NCBI GenBank assembly: GCA_026393865.1 | Contig: JAPKZI010000044.1 | Location: 571-64,570, forward strand | Reading direction: 5' to 3' | Origin: Candidatus Aminicenantes bacterium | GTDB lineage: Bacteria > Acidobacteriota > Aminicenantia > Aminicenantales > UBA4085 | DNA: 64,000 nt | Part shown: piece by piece, positions 10,150 to 18,992 of the stretch | Layout: the number at the start of each line of letters is the position of its first letter | How positions within the stretch are numbered: position 1 is the first letter of the stretch | Position numbers and translations under genes: made by a program | Notes under the pieces: generated by a model | The model's input: the letters and a program-made list of their open reading frames with translations, nothing else | The model's database searches: none | What the model was told of the DNA's origin: nothing

Positions 10150-10656
10150 GTGATCATGAAAAACGCCGCTTATTGGATTAAGACCCTCGAGCTCATCGAA
10201 CACCCCGAAGGGGGATATTTTCGCGAGATCTATCGGGCGGGGGAATCGATTCCCGCCGAAGCGCTTCCGTCCCGATACGGCGGCCCCAGAGCTTTCTCGA
10301 CGTCGATCTATTTTCTGCTTAAGTCCGGCCAGGTATCGCACCTCCACCGTCTCCGGTCCGATGAGATCTGGCATTTTTATGAGGGCGGTCCACTTCTGTT
10401 CCACGTGTTCGATGAAAGCTCCTATCGCCGGCTCCGCCTGGGCCGCGATCCCGGGGCCGGTGAGGTCTTGCAGGCCGTCCTTCCACGAGGCGTCCTGTTC
10501 GGGGCGGAGCCGCTGAGAGCCGGGTCGTTCGCCCTCTGCGGGTGCACGGTTGCGCCCGGCTTCGATTTCGCCGACTTCGAGTTCGGCCGCGGCGAGGATC
10601 TTCTGGCCCGATATCCCCGATACAAGGCGCTGATCGGCCGCCTGACCGTCCTCTGA
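10150..10656 (+). CDS. Cupin superfamily protein (DUF985-like)
   Basis: 'LELIEHPEGGYFREIYR...STSIYFLL...SHLHRLRSDEIWHFYEG' matches the DUF985 cupin pattern. Start is GTG 10150 or ATG 10156. Confidence 0.65.
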   Translation: MIMKNAAYWIKTLELIEHPEGGYFREIYRAGESIPAEALPSRYGGPRAFSTSIYFLLKSGQVSHLHRLRSDEIWHFYEGGPLLFHVFDESSYRRLRLGRDPGAGEVLQAVLPRGVLFGAEPLRAGSFALCGCTVAPGFDFADFEFGRGEDLLARYPRYKALIGRLTVL

Positions 10657-10657
10657 C

Positions 10658-10686
10658 TTGAAAAAATCGCCCCGTTTCCATATAGT
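10658..10686 (+). promoter_or_regulatory. sigma70-like promoter for the flavodiiron gene
   Basis: TTGAAA (10658-10663), 17-nt spacer, TATAGT (10681-10686). Confidence 0.4.
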
Positions 10687-10728
10687 ATTTTTTAGATTAT
10701 TTCCACGGACCGACGAAAGGAAAAACCA

Positions 10729-11907
10729 ATGAGACCACGCCAGATCAAGGACCAGATATACGCGGTCGGGGCCGTCGACTGGGACCGCCGGCTATTCGAT
10801 GGATTGATCCCGCTTCCGGACGGAACGAGCTACAATTCGTATCTCGTCCGGGGGAGCGAAAAGACGGCCCTGCTCGATACGGTCGACCCCTCGAAACGCG
10901 ATATCTTTTTCGAGAATCTCCGGGAGGTCGCCTCCATCGATTACCTGATCGCCCATCACGGCGAGCAGGACCATTCGGGCCTGATCCCGGAGATTCTGGC
11001 CAAATATCCCCAGGCCAAGGTCGTCTGCTCGCCCAAGGCCAAGGGAATCCTCATGGACCACCTCGGCTTGTCCGGAGACAGGATCCTGACCGTCGACGAC
11101 GGCCAAACGCTCTCGCTGGGCGACCGGACCTTCGAGTTCGTCCATACGCCGTGGGTCCATTGGCCCGAGACCATGGGCACGTATCTCCGCGAGGACAAGG
11201 TCTTTTTCAGCTGTGATTTCTTCGGCTCTCACATCGCCCAGTCGGATCTTTTCGTGGCCGATGAGGCTCCCGTTTATGAAGCGGCCAAACGCTACTTCGC
11301 CGAGATCATGATGCCGTTCCGGACGGCGATCCAGAAGAACCTGGAGCGGCTGAAGACGCTCGAGATCGGGATCATCGCCCCGTCGCACGGGCCTCTCTAC
11401 GGCCGGCCGGAATTCATCCTCGAAGCCTACCGCGAATGGACCTCGGACAGGTTGAGGAACGAAGCCGTCGTGGCCTACATCTCCATGCACGGCAGCACGG
11501 CTTCGATGGTCGATCATTTCGTCGCCGCCCTGGCCGAACGCGGCGTCCGGGTCCACCAGTTCAACCTGGCCGAAACCGATATCGGCAAACTGGCCGTCGC
11601 CCTCGTGGACGCGGCGACAATCGTCCTGGGGACGCCGGCGGTCCATATCGGACCTCATCCCCGGATCGCTCATGCCGTCTTCCTGGCGAACGCTTTGCGG
11701 CCGAAGCTGAAATTCGCCTCGATCATCGGCTCCTACGGCTGGGGTCACAAGATCGTCGAGCAGATCGCGGCCATGATCCCCAACCTCAAGGTCGAGGTCC
11801 TGGCGCCCGTGATCTGCCGCGGAAAGCCCCGCGAAGGGGACTTCGCCGCTCTGGAAAAGCTGGCCGAGACGATCGCCCGGAAACACGCGGAGCTCGGGTT
11901 GAAATAG
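10729..11907 (+). CDS. Flavodiiron protein (FprA-type; metallo-beta-lactamase-like plus flavodoxin-like domains)
   Basis: 'HHGEQDHSG' di-iron ligand motif, 'FVHTPWVHWPETM', and a C-terminal flavodoxin-like 'VVAYISMHGSTASMV'. RBS AAAGGAAAAA. Confidence 0.8.
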   Translation: MRPRQIKDQIYAVGAVDWDRRLFDGLIPLPDGTSYNSYLVRGSEKTALLDTVDPSKRDIFFENLREVASIDYLIAHHGEQDHSGLIPEILAKYPQAKVVCSPKAKGILMDHLGLSGDRILTVDDGQTLSLGDRTFEFVHTPWVHWPETMGTYLREDKVFFSCDFFGSHIAQSDLFVADEAPVYEAAKRYFAEIMMPFRTAIQKNLERLKTLEIGIIAPSHGPLYGRPEFILEAYREWTSDRLRNEAVVAYISMHGSTASMVDHFVAALAERGVRVHQFNLAETDIGKLAVALVDAATIVLGTPAVHIGPHPRIAHAVFLANALRPKLKFASIIGSYGWGHKIVEQIAAMIPNLKVEVLAPVICRGKPREGDFAALEKLAETIARKHAELGLK

Positions 11908-11919
11908 GGGGAGGATTTT

Positions 11920-13032
11920 ATGCGCATCGACCGGATCGAGATCCGCCATACGAAAATGGAGCTGGTGACCTCGTTCGAGACGTCCATGGGCATCGAGACC
12001 CAGGAGGAACACATCATGGTTCGGGTCGACGGCGACGGGGTGACGGGCTGGGGAGAGTGCGTCGTCGAAGAGTTGCCGCTCTATTCTTCCGAAACGGTCC
12101 AGACCGCCTGGTCTGTCCTGAGGGATTGTCTGATCCCGGCCGTCCTGGGCAAGACCATCTCTAAGGTCGAGGAGGCCATCGCTCTGTGGACGAAGTTCAG
12201 GGGCCATCGCATGGCCAAGGCGGGGCTGGAATCAGCCCTCTGGGACGCGCTGGCCAAGGCGAAAGGCGTTTCGCTGGCCAAAATGCTGGGCGGCACGCGC
12301 GACCGGGTGGACGTGGGGGTCAGCGTCGGCCTTCAGGCGTCTCCGGAAGCCTTGGTCAGGAAAGTGGGAGCGCATCTGGACGAAGGATACCGCCGGATCA
12401 AGATCAAGATCGCGCCCGGCCGCGACGTCGAACTGGTCAAGGCACTCCGCAAGGAATATCCGAAGGTCCTCCTCCAGGTGGACGCCAATTCCGCCTATGA
12501 GCTGAGCGACATCGATGTTTTCCGGGCGATGGACGACGCCGGCCTGCTCTTGATCGAACAGCCCTTGAGCTATGAGGACATCTACGATCATTCCAAATTG
12601 CAGCGCGAGCTCAAAACGGCCATCTGTCTCGACGAGAGCATTCACAGCCTGGCCGACGCGCGCGCGGCGCTGGAATTGAACAGCTGCCGCGTGATCAACA
12701 TCAAGCCCGGCCGCGTCGGGGGCTTCACGGAATCGGCGGCCATTCATGATTATTGCGCTTCGAAGAAGATCCCCGTTTGGCACGGCGGGATGCTGGAATC
12801 CGGGATCGGGCGCGCCGGGAACGTCGCCCTGGCCTCGCTGCCGAACTTCACCCTCCCCGGCGACATCTCGGCCAGCCGGCGCTATTACCGGGAAGACATC
12901 GTCGAGCCCGAATTCGTCCTCAATCCCGATTCGACCTTGACCGTGCCGACCGGACCGGGGATCGGAGTCACGGTGTTGATGGACAGGCTGGACCGGGTCA
13001 CGGTCCGCCGCGAGGAGTTCAGGCATCGATGA
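11920..13032 (+). CDS. o-Succinylbenzoate synthase / N-acylamino-acid racemase family enzyme (enolase superfamily)
   Basis: KxK 'RRIKIKIAPG', metal ligands in 'LQVDAN', 'LIEQP', 'ICLDES', and second catalytic Lys in 'INIKPGRVGG'. No other men genes nearby, so menC is not asserted. Confidence 0.7.
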   Translation: MRIDRIEIRHTKMELVTSFETSMGIETQEEHIMVRVDGDGVTGWGECVVEELPLYSSETVQTAWSVLRDCLIPAVLGKTISKVEEAIALWTKFRGHRMAKAGLESALWDALAKAKGVSLAKMLGGTRDRVDVGVSVGLQASPEALVRKVGAHLDEGYRRIKIKIAPGRDVELVKALRKEYPKVLLQVDANSAYELSDIDVFRAMDDAGLLLIEQPLSYEDIYDHSKLQRELKTAICLDESIHSLADARAALELNSCRVINIKPGRVGGFTESAAIHDYCASKKIPVWHGGMLESGIGRAGNVALASLPNFTLPGDISASRRYYREDIVEPEFVLNPDSTLTVPTGPGIGVTVLMDRLDRVTVRREEFRHR

Positions 13033-14173
13033 TCCGGCCGTCGCCAAAGGCCAGGAGGGTGTCCAGAACCTCCGCCGGCTGTAGCGAGGTGCCGTCCCGC
13101 GGCGAATCGATAATGCGATAATCAAAGAAGGCGTTGTCGCCTGCATACCAGGGCGGCCCCGCGGGGCGGCCCGCGGCGGTCCTTTTTTCGAGCTCTTTGA
13201 GGTTGAGACGCGTCCCCAGACCCTTTAAGTGGATTCCGCGGTCCGGGTCCACGCCGAGAATAAAGCGGTCCTCCCCGAACTTCGTCATTAGAAAGCCGAA
13301 TCCCCGGCGGTCCGGAGGATGCTCGCGGTCGCGGCGGGCCCATTCCTTGAGCAGGAAACTGCGCGGATTGGCCACGGTCAAGCCGTCCACGTCCACGACG
13401 GACCGGCCATCGACGGCGGCCGGGGCCCCGGGCATTGCCCGGGGGTCCATTTCCGCCGTACTCGCCTGTGGATACAAATCACGGGCGAGTGGCGAGCCGA
13501 AGGCTCGTCCCTTGACCGCCGGAAGCCGGAGGCGCAGGATCCGGCCCCGATCGAGGTCGGCCAGGTAGCTCGAGTAATCCCCCTCCACCTTGTGGACGGC
13601 CCGCTCGTAGCGGTCGATGCCGGCGAAGAGCTTTCGGTTCTCGATGATATCGTCGCCTTCCGCCGCGCGGGTATAAAGAAACCGCATGAATCTTAGGCCT
13701 TCATCGGTCCTCTGCCGGTTGATCTCGTCCTCGCTCTTTTTTGATCCCGAAAAAAGAGCCCGGAGAACGGCATAGGGCGTCGCGGCGAGGTCGAGAGAGT
13801 TGGGCAGGGCCGCCGAATCCACCATTTTGGCATAAGCCGCGATCCTTTCCATGGCCGGATCGACGCGGCCTGTCTCCAGCAGCTTCAAGGTGAGAAAGAT
13901 CGAGGCCAGGGCGTCGAAGTCCGGAAGCCGATGGGTGATGAATGTCAGCGGGGGGGCATCCGCTCCGCCCGTCCCCGCCTGCGATGGGCGAATATGGTCG
14001 AGAACGAGACGAGGGTGTTTAATGATGAGCGAAGTCGTGCATTCAGGCTCGGCGTCGGGGTGATGATGGTCGATGACGCCGGGGACGGTCTTCATCCCCA
14101 CGTCCAGGACGATCGTCCCGGGCGCGGGCTCGAAGCGCTCGCCGTAGTTGACGAATTTGAAGGATATGTCCAT
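13019..14173 (-). CDS. Uncharacterised protein with DHH/MYG1-like metal-binding motifs
   Basis: ATG 14173 lies 10 nt after the mutY stop. 'IVLDVGMKTVPGVIDHHHP' (res ~22-40) and 'FITHRLPDFDALASIFL' (res ~78-94). The rest has no motif I recognise. Confidence 0.55.
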   Translation of the reverse strand: MDISFKFVNYGERFEPAPGTIVLDVGMKTVPGVIDHHHPDAEPECTTSLIIKHPRLVLDHIRPSQAGTGGADAPPLTFITHRLPDFDALASIFLTLKLLETGRVDPAMERIAAYAKMVDSAALPNSLDLAATPYAVLRALFSGSKKSEDEINRQRTDEGLRFMRFLYTRAAEGDDIIENRKLFAGIDRYERAVHKVEGDYSSYLADLDRGRILRLRLPAVKGRAFGSPLARDLYPQASTAEMDPRAMPGAPAAVDGRSVVDVDGLTVANPRSFLLKEWARRDREHPPDRRGFGFLMTKFGEDRFILGVDPDRGIHLKGLGTRLNLKELEKRTAAGRPAGPPWYAGDNAFFDYRIIDSPRDGTSLQPAEVLDTLLAFGDGRIIDA

Positions 14174-14183
14174 GAGGGATCAT

Positions 14184-15209
14184 TCACAAGAGGGACACAG
14201 TATTGTGTCCTTTTAAAGATCTATTTTCAAGGAATCGAATGATCTTGACGCTGCCCGAAGGGAACGGATATTTCTGGAGATCCTTCGATGCGATCCATTT
14301 CCGCCGCCCCGCCTTCAATTCCGGTTCGCCTTTAAGCCGGCAAGCGAACGCGTGGAGGTCGACCTGGAACTGAGTATAGGAATGATCGACCTTGACCAGG
14401 AATTTCGCCCGCGAGACTTCGGTTCCGAGCTCTTCCTTGATCTCGCGGGCGAGGGCCTTCTCCCGGCTCTCCCCGCGCCTCATCTTGCCTCCCGGGAATT
14501 CCCACAGCCCGGCCAGGAGTCCGGCGGCCGGTCTTTTTTGAATCAAGATCCGTCCGTCCTTTTCGATGATGCCGACGACGGCGGTGATATGCCGGGTACT
14601 TCTTTTTTTCGGCTTTGGGATGATCTCCTGCTCGCCGGCATCGTAAGCCCGGCAGGCGGGCTGGACCGGACAAAGGAGGCAGAGCGGGTTCCGGGATCGG
14701 CAGATGAGCGCCCCCAGTTCCATGAGGGCTTGATTGAAATCTCCCGGGGAACGGAGCGGGATCTCGTCATTAAGCCGCTCGAGGATCGTCTTGTCCGGCC
14801 GGTTGTCCGCTTGTCCGTGAATCCGCATGACCCGCATCATGACCCTCCGAACGTTCGCGTCCAGGACGGGATACGGCTGGTTAAAAGCCAGGCTGAGGAC
14901 GGCCGCGGTGGTATAGGGCCCGAAGCCGGGGACGGTGAGCAATGTCTCCGGGTCGGCTGGAATTCGGCCGCGGTGATCGCGGACGAAGATCTTGGCGGCG
15001 GCATGAAGGTTCCGGGCCCGCTGATAGTAGCCCAGCCCCTGCCAGGCGCGAAGGACTTTTTGAAAAGGAGCCCGGGCCAATCCCTCGAGATCCGGGAAAA
15101 GCGTCAGCCACTTTTCATAATAAGGGATGACGGCGCCGACCGTCGTCTGCTGGAGCATGATCTCCGAGATCCAGATCCGGTATGGGTCCCGTGTTCGACG
15201 CCAGGGCAA
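14184..15209 (-). CDS. mutY: A/G-specific adenine DNA glycosylase MutY with C-terminal NUDIX-like domain
   Basis: 'PYRIWISEIMLQQTTV', FeS cluster loop 'CRSRNPLCLLCPVQPAC', C-terminal 'GLWEFPGGKMRRGESREKALAREIKEELG'. The first canonical start is TTG 15209, but conserved N-terminal sequence continues upstream (see findings). Confidence 0.85.
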   Translation of the reverse strand: MPWRRTRDPYRIWISEIMLQQTTVGAVIPYYEKWLTLFPDLEGLARAPFQKVLRAWQGLGYYQRARNLHAAAKIFVRDHRGRIPADPETLLTVPGFGPYTTAAVLSLAFNQPYPVLDANVRRVMMRVMRIHGQADNRPDKTILERLNDEIPLRSPGDFNQALMELGALICRSRNPLCLLCPVQPACRAYDAGEQEIIPKPKKRSTRHITAVVGIIEKDGRILIQKRPAAGLLAGLWEFPGGKMRRGESREKALAREIKEELGTEVSRAKFLVKVDHSYTQFQVDLHAFACRLKGEPELKAGRRKWIASKDLQKYPFPSGSVKIIRFLENRSLKGHNTVSLL

Positions 15210-15276
15210 ATCCCGCCGGCGGGCCCGGTACCACTTAAGAATCGGCCGGGTGAATCGGTCCGCGCCGGGAGTCCCG

Positions 15277-16662
15277 CTATTTTTTTTCAGGTTCTTTCTT
15301 CTCCGGCTCAGGGGCCTTCCAATCCTTGGCCTCCTTGGGAAATTCGGTCAGGAAGGCCGAATCGACCTTGAAGAAATAATCGAGCTTGGCGTTCTTGACC
15401 ACGGCCTGCTTTTTGTCCTTGTCCTCCTTGCCGACGAGGACTGAGAACGATTTTTCCACTGGTTTTTCCCCGGCTTCCTTGGTCCAGATCGTCACCTCGG
15501 CCTGAGGCTTGTCGAGGCCGTATTCGGCCGGGCTTTTAGGCGCGTCGATATATTCGATCGCCTCGAGGCTCTCGATCTTGCGGACGAAGGTGTCGACCTT
15601 GGAGGCGTCGGCCTCTTCTTTTTGAGCGGCGTCGGAATACCATTTGTCGTTCGGGGCCTTGGTCAGCGTCAGGTTCAGCCCGCCCTTTTTGAGGGCGACC
15701 TTGCTCGCCTGCCAGGTATTGAATGGGGCGACCTTGTTCTCCCGGAGATCGGCCGGCTTCTTGTCGAGATCGGCCGAGAGATCGATCTCGGGAACGATGA
15801 TCTTCGTCGATTGCGAGGTCGTGACGTAAGTCTTGTCGTCGGCTTTATGGAAGGCGAAGGTCAGCTCCTTATTGTCCTTCGGCAGAGACAGGACGACCTG
15901 ATATTCGGGCTTGTCCAGCCCTGATTTTTTCAAGTCCTCGGCTTTCTTGATCTCGGCCGTAAATTCCTTGGCCCTCTGGTTGGACAGGGAATCGAGAAGC
16001 GTCGTGATCTTGCCGTCCTTGGCCCGCGCCTTGAACGGAGCCTGGAAGAACCACTCGCCGTCCTTTTTACGCGCTTCCCATGAAGCCTCTTTGGCCTGGA
16101 GCTTAATGCCGGCCACGTCCGCGGTCTCGAATTTGAAGATGTCCTTCTGGCGGAAATCGAACAGCTTTTTCTCGAGCGGCGTCTTGAGCGTGCTCGGGAG
16201 AAGGACGACCCGCTTGTCGCCCTCCTTTTGGGCGTAGAATGTGTTGCCGAGCGGATTTTCCTGGCCGATCAAGACCTTGACGGGGTTGTCCTGGCCTTTA
16301 ACCCACAGCGAGACCTCTTTCTGGGGGATCTGGTATTTCTTGAGGTCGGCGTTCTCCTTCTCCACGACCCGCTCGATCTTCAGATCGGCGAAGCCGTCGA
16401 CGAACTGACCGACTTCGGTGTTGTCCGCCTTGACCTCCAGGGGTTCAAGGATCATCCAGTCGCCTTGATCGTCCTTTTTGAAGGTCAGTGTCTCGCTCTC
16501 CTTCTTGAACGTGATCTTCTGGACGTCGGCGGAGACGAGCGTCACGAATTTCTCTTCGGGGCCGGCGGCCTTGTCGGCTGGTCCCTTCTTGTCCAGGAAC
16601 AGGATGAAGGCCAAAAGGGCGATGAACGCACCCAAGAGCATGAACGTGTTTTTGATCTTCAC
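15277..16662 (-). CDS. DUF4340 domain protein (accessory to GldG-type ABC systems), N-terminal TM anchor
   Basis: GTG 16662 preceded by GGAGGAG and overlapping the gldG-like stop (GTGA). 'VKIKNTFMLLGAFIALLAFILF' anchor. Lys/Glu-rich beta-rich repeats typical of DUF4340. The upstream half of the 803-aa track ORF is out-of-frame overlap with gldG. Confidence 0.65.
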   Translation of the reverse strand: MKIKNTFMLLGAFIALLAFILFLDKKGPADKAAGPEEKFVTLVSADVQKITFKKESETLTFKKDDQGDWMILEPLEVKADNTEVGQFVDGFADLKIERVVEKENADLKKYQIPQKEVSLWVKGQDNPVKVLIGQENPLGNTFYAQKEGDKRVVLLPSTLKTPLEKKLFDFRQKDIFKFETADVAGIKLQAKEASWEARKKDGEWFFQAPFKARAKDGKITTLLDSLSNQRAKEFTAEIKKAEDLKKSGLDKPEYQVVLSLPKDNKELTFAFHKADDKTYVTTSQSTKIIVPEIDLSADLDKKPADLRENKVAPFNTWQASKVALKKGGLNLTLTKAPNDKWYSDAAQKEEADASKVDTFVRKIESLEAIEYIDAPKSPAEYGLDKPQAEVTIWTKEAGEKPVEKSFSVLVGKEDKDKKQAVVKNAKLDYFFKVDSAFLTEFPKEAKDWKAPEPEKKEPEKK

Positions 16663-18221
16663 AGCGCCCTCCTCCGGACCCAGATGGAGATGCCGACGGC
16701 CAGCACCAGGAGCGGCAGGATGATGACCGAGACCCAGAAGATGAGTTTGCCCTGCGACGGGGTGAGCTGGACGGCCCGCGGATTGGACGTCCTGGGCTGG
16801 ATCGAGATGAGATCGGATTCTTCGGTCAGCCAGTTGACCGTGTTGAGAAAGAAGTTTCCGTTTCCGGATAAGTTGTAATAGCGGTTCGTGGCCATGTCCG
16901 AGTCGCCGAACACGGCCATCCGGCCTTCCTTGGAGGCCGTCCCGGCCGCGGCGCCGGCATCGGTCTTCGGCTTGATCGTCGCCACGGCCGCGACTGACAA
17001 GGGTCCGAGCTTGTCCTTGGCCTTGTCGAAAGAGATCTCCTTGAGGGTCATCTTCGCCTTGAGCTTGAAGTCCCGCTTCGACCAGGAATTGGAGCTCGTC
17101 CGGCCGAGGACCTGAGAGGTGGAGACGGCCTCGGGCTTGGGGTCGATCGTCTCGACGAGCCGGGCGAAGGGGAAGAACGTGGCGTAGCGGAAGGCCTTGG
17201 TGATCTCGTGGGATTCGTACTCGTTCAAGGTCGGGATGAAATAGTCGCCGCCGATCAGACGCGACATGGAATCGACGATGATGTCGTTCTCCAGGCGGAA
17301 GCCGAACTTGGCCAGGTAAGGGACAAGACCAGGCGCGGTCTGGGGATCGACCATGAAGAACACGCGGCCGCCCTCCCGAAGATATGTGTCGATCGTCTCC
17401 AGCTCGTTCGGCAGCAGGTCTTTCACCGGACCCGGGATGACCAACAGGGCGCAGTCCTTGGGAAAGTTCTCCGAGAGCGCCAGCGGCTGTTTCTTGACCT
17501 CGTAGCCGAGCTTGCCCAGCTCGTCCTTGGCGAAGGAGAAGCTGTTCTCGTCGGTGACCTCGGTGCTGTGTTCGCCGTGTCCTTCGAGAAAATAGATGAC
17601 CTTCTTCTTCTCGCGGGTCACCTTGATGAGGGCGTTGGTCACGTCCTCTTCGGTCGAAGCGGTAATGCGGTTCTCCTTGTCGCCGCATTCGAAGATCGTC
17701 GTGCCGTCCTGGGTGATGTCGTAGCGCTTGATCATGGCCGGGTTCTTGTCGGGATCGATGAACTCGGTTTTGATCTTGGCCGAATGGTAGGCGTAGATCT
17801 TGAGGAGATCCTCCATCCTCACCCGGCCCATGTTCCCCTCGCGGAAGAAGCCCTTGACGGTGACGTCGTTCTTCAGGGCCTGGACGACCTTGATCGACTG
17901 GTCGGACAGGGAATGGAGCTTGGATTCGGTGAAATCGAAGCGATGATGATGCCGGGCGAAGAAGATGTTGACGAGCGTCAGGAGCCCGAGGACGAGGACG
18001 ACGACGAGAAGGAGGTTTCCGGAGTAGAGGAAGGAGCGTCGGCTGAATCCTTTTTTGAGCTTCCCCAGGTTGAGGCCGATGTAAGCGCTGACGGCGGCGA
18101 TGCCGAGGAGGGCGAGCCCCAGGGCGATGAACTTTTTAAAAGGCCAGACCCGGAAAGCCACGACGGCCAGAAAGATCAGGCCCACGCCGATGGTGTTCAG
18201 GTTCTTTTTGATTTTGTCCAT
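16659..18221 (-). CDS. GldG-like ABC-transporter auxiliary protein
   Basis: 520 aa with N- and C-terminal TM anchors. 'VIYFLEGHGEHS', 'LLVIPGPVKDLLPNELETIDTYLREGGRVFFMVDP' are characteristic of the GldG family. Confidence 0.75.
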   Translation of the reverse strand: MDKIKKNLNTIGVGLIFLAVVAFRVWPFKKFIALGLALLGIAAVSAYIGLNLGKLKKGFSRRSFLYSGNLLLVVVLVLGLLTLVNIFFARHHHRFDFTESKLHSLSDQSIKVVQALKNDVTVKGFFREGNMGRVRMEDLLKIYAYHSAKIKTEFIDPDKNPAMIKRYDITQDGTTIFECGDKENRITASTEEDVTNALIKVTREKKKVIYFLEGHGEHSTEVTDENSFSFAKDELGKLGYEVKKQPLALSENFPKDCALLVIPGPVKDLLPNELETIDTYLREGGRVFFMVDPQTAPGLVPYLAKFGFRLENDIIVDSMSRLIGGDYFIPTLNEYESHEITKAFRYATFFPFARLVETIDPKPEAVSTSQVLGRTSSNSWSKRDFKLKAKMTLKEISFDKAKDKLGPLSVAAVATIKPKTDAGAAAGTASKEGRMAVFGDSDMATNRYYNLSGNGNFFLNTVNWLTEESDLISIQPRTSNPRAVQLTPSQGKLIFWVSVIILPLLVLAVGISIWVRRRAL

Positions 18222-18224
18222 GAC

Positions 18225-18992
18225 TTATCTCCACCGTCGGGATTGGATCACGGAGTGGGTCAGGAAAAGGCCGAAGAAAGCGAAGCTGACGTAATAGACC
18301 ACGTCGGTCGTGTCCAGGATGCCTTGGGTCATGTTGTCGAAGTGCTGGAGGAAGGAGACGTAGTTGAGGATGTCCTTCCAGGCCCCGGCGGCCGAGTTCG
18401 AGGCCCAGTTGAGGACCCAGAAAAGAAGCAGAGCGCCGAAGGTCAGGATGGCCGACACGATCTGATTTTCCGTGAGCGAAGAGAAGAAGATGCCGATGGC
18501 GATGAACGCCGCGCCCAGCAGAAACAGACCCAGGTAGCCGTTGAGGATGGGGGCGACTTCGGGATTGCCGTAGGCGAAGGAGAAGATCGAGAGCAGACAG
18601 GTCAGGGCGAGCATGGCCAGGAGGACGAGGAGAGAGGCGACGAACTTCCCCAGGATGATCTGGTTGACCGAGATGGGCGAAGTGTAGAGGAGTTCCTCCG
18701 TGCCGATCTTCTTCTCTTCGGAGAACAGGCGCATGGTCAGCAGGGGAAGCATGAGGAGGAGGATGATGCTCATGTTGTTGAAAAGCGGCTGGTAGACCAT
18801 CTGGTTGATGTTGATTTGCGAATAATAATACTGGTTCTGGGCCATTTGCATAGCCTGGGCGTTGAACCACATCAGGATGTTGTAGTAGAAGAAGCCGACC
18901 AGGACCAGGAAGACCATGATGACGACATAGGCGATGGGCGAAGTGAAATAGGTCCGGAGCTCTTTTTTGGCGACGACCCAGACGTTCTTCAT
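18225..18992 (-). CDS. ABC-2 type permease (GldF-like)
   Basis: 'AKKELRTYFTSPIAYVVI' N-terminus, 6 TM segments. ATGA overlap with the upstream ATPase gene. Confidence 0.75.
   Translation of the reverse strand: MKNVWVVAKKELRTYFTSPIAYVVIMVFLVLVGFFYYNILMWFNAQAMQMAQNQYYYSQININQMVYQPLFNNMSIILLLMLPLLTMRLFSEEKKIGTEELLYTSPISVNQIILGKFVASLLVLLAMLALTCLLSIFSFAYGNPEVAPILNGYLGLFLLGAAFIAIGIFFSSLTENQIVSAILTFGALLLFWVLNWASNSAAGAWKDILNYVSFLQHFDNMTQGILDTTDVVYYVSFAFFGLFLTHSVIQSRRWR

Noticed and set aside
10792-12207. 471-aa minus-strand ORF, with similar long antisense ORFs at 18992..19921, 20699..21901, 25417..26556, 26985..27920, 30466..31899, 33191..34195, 36821..38266, 39237..40235, 45968..47503, 47788..49086, 48884..49789, 49885..50664, 60229..61113, 62586..63278
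   Set aside because: Each lies opposite a gene with clear family motifs and has shadow-ORF composition. None has an RBS or promoter context.
16663-17688. Upstream half of the 803-aa ORF 15277..17688
   Set aside because: It is an out-of-frame overlap with the gldG-like gene and is Arg/Gly/Pro-rich. The DUF4340 protein starts at GTG 16662, with GGAGGAG upstream and a TM anchor.
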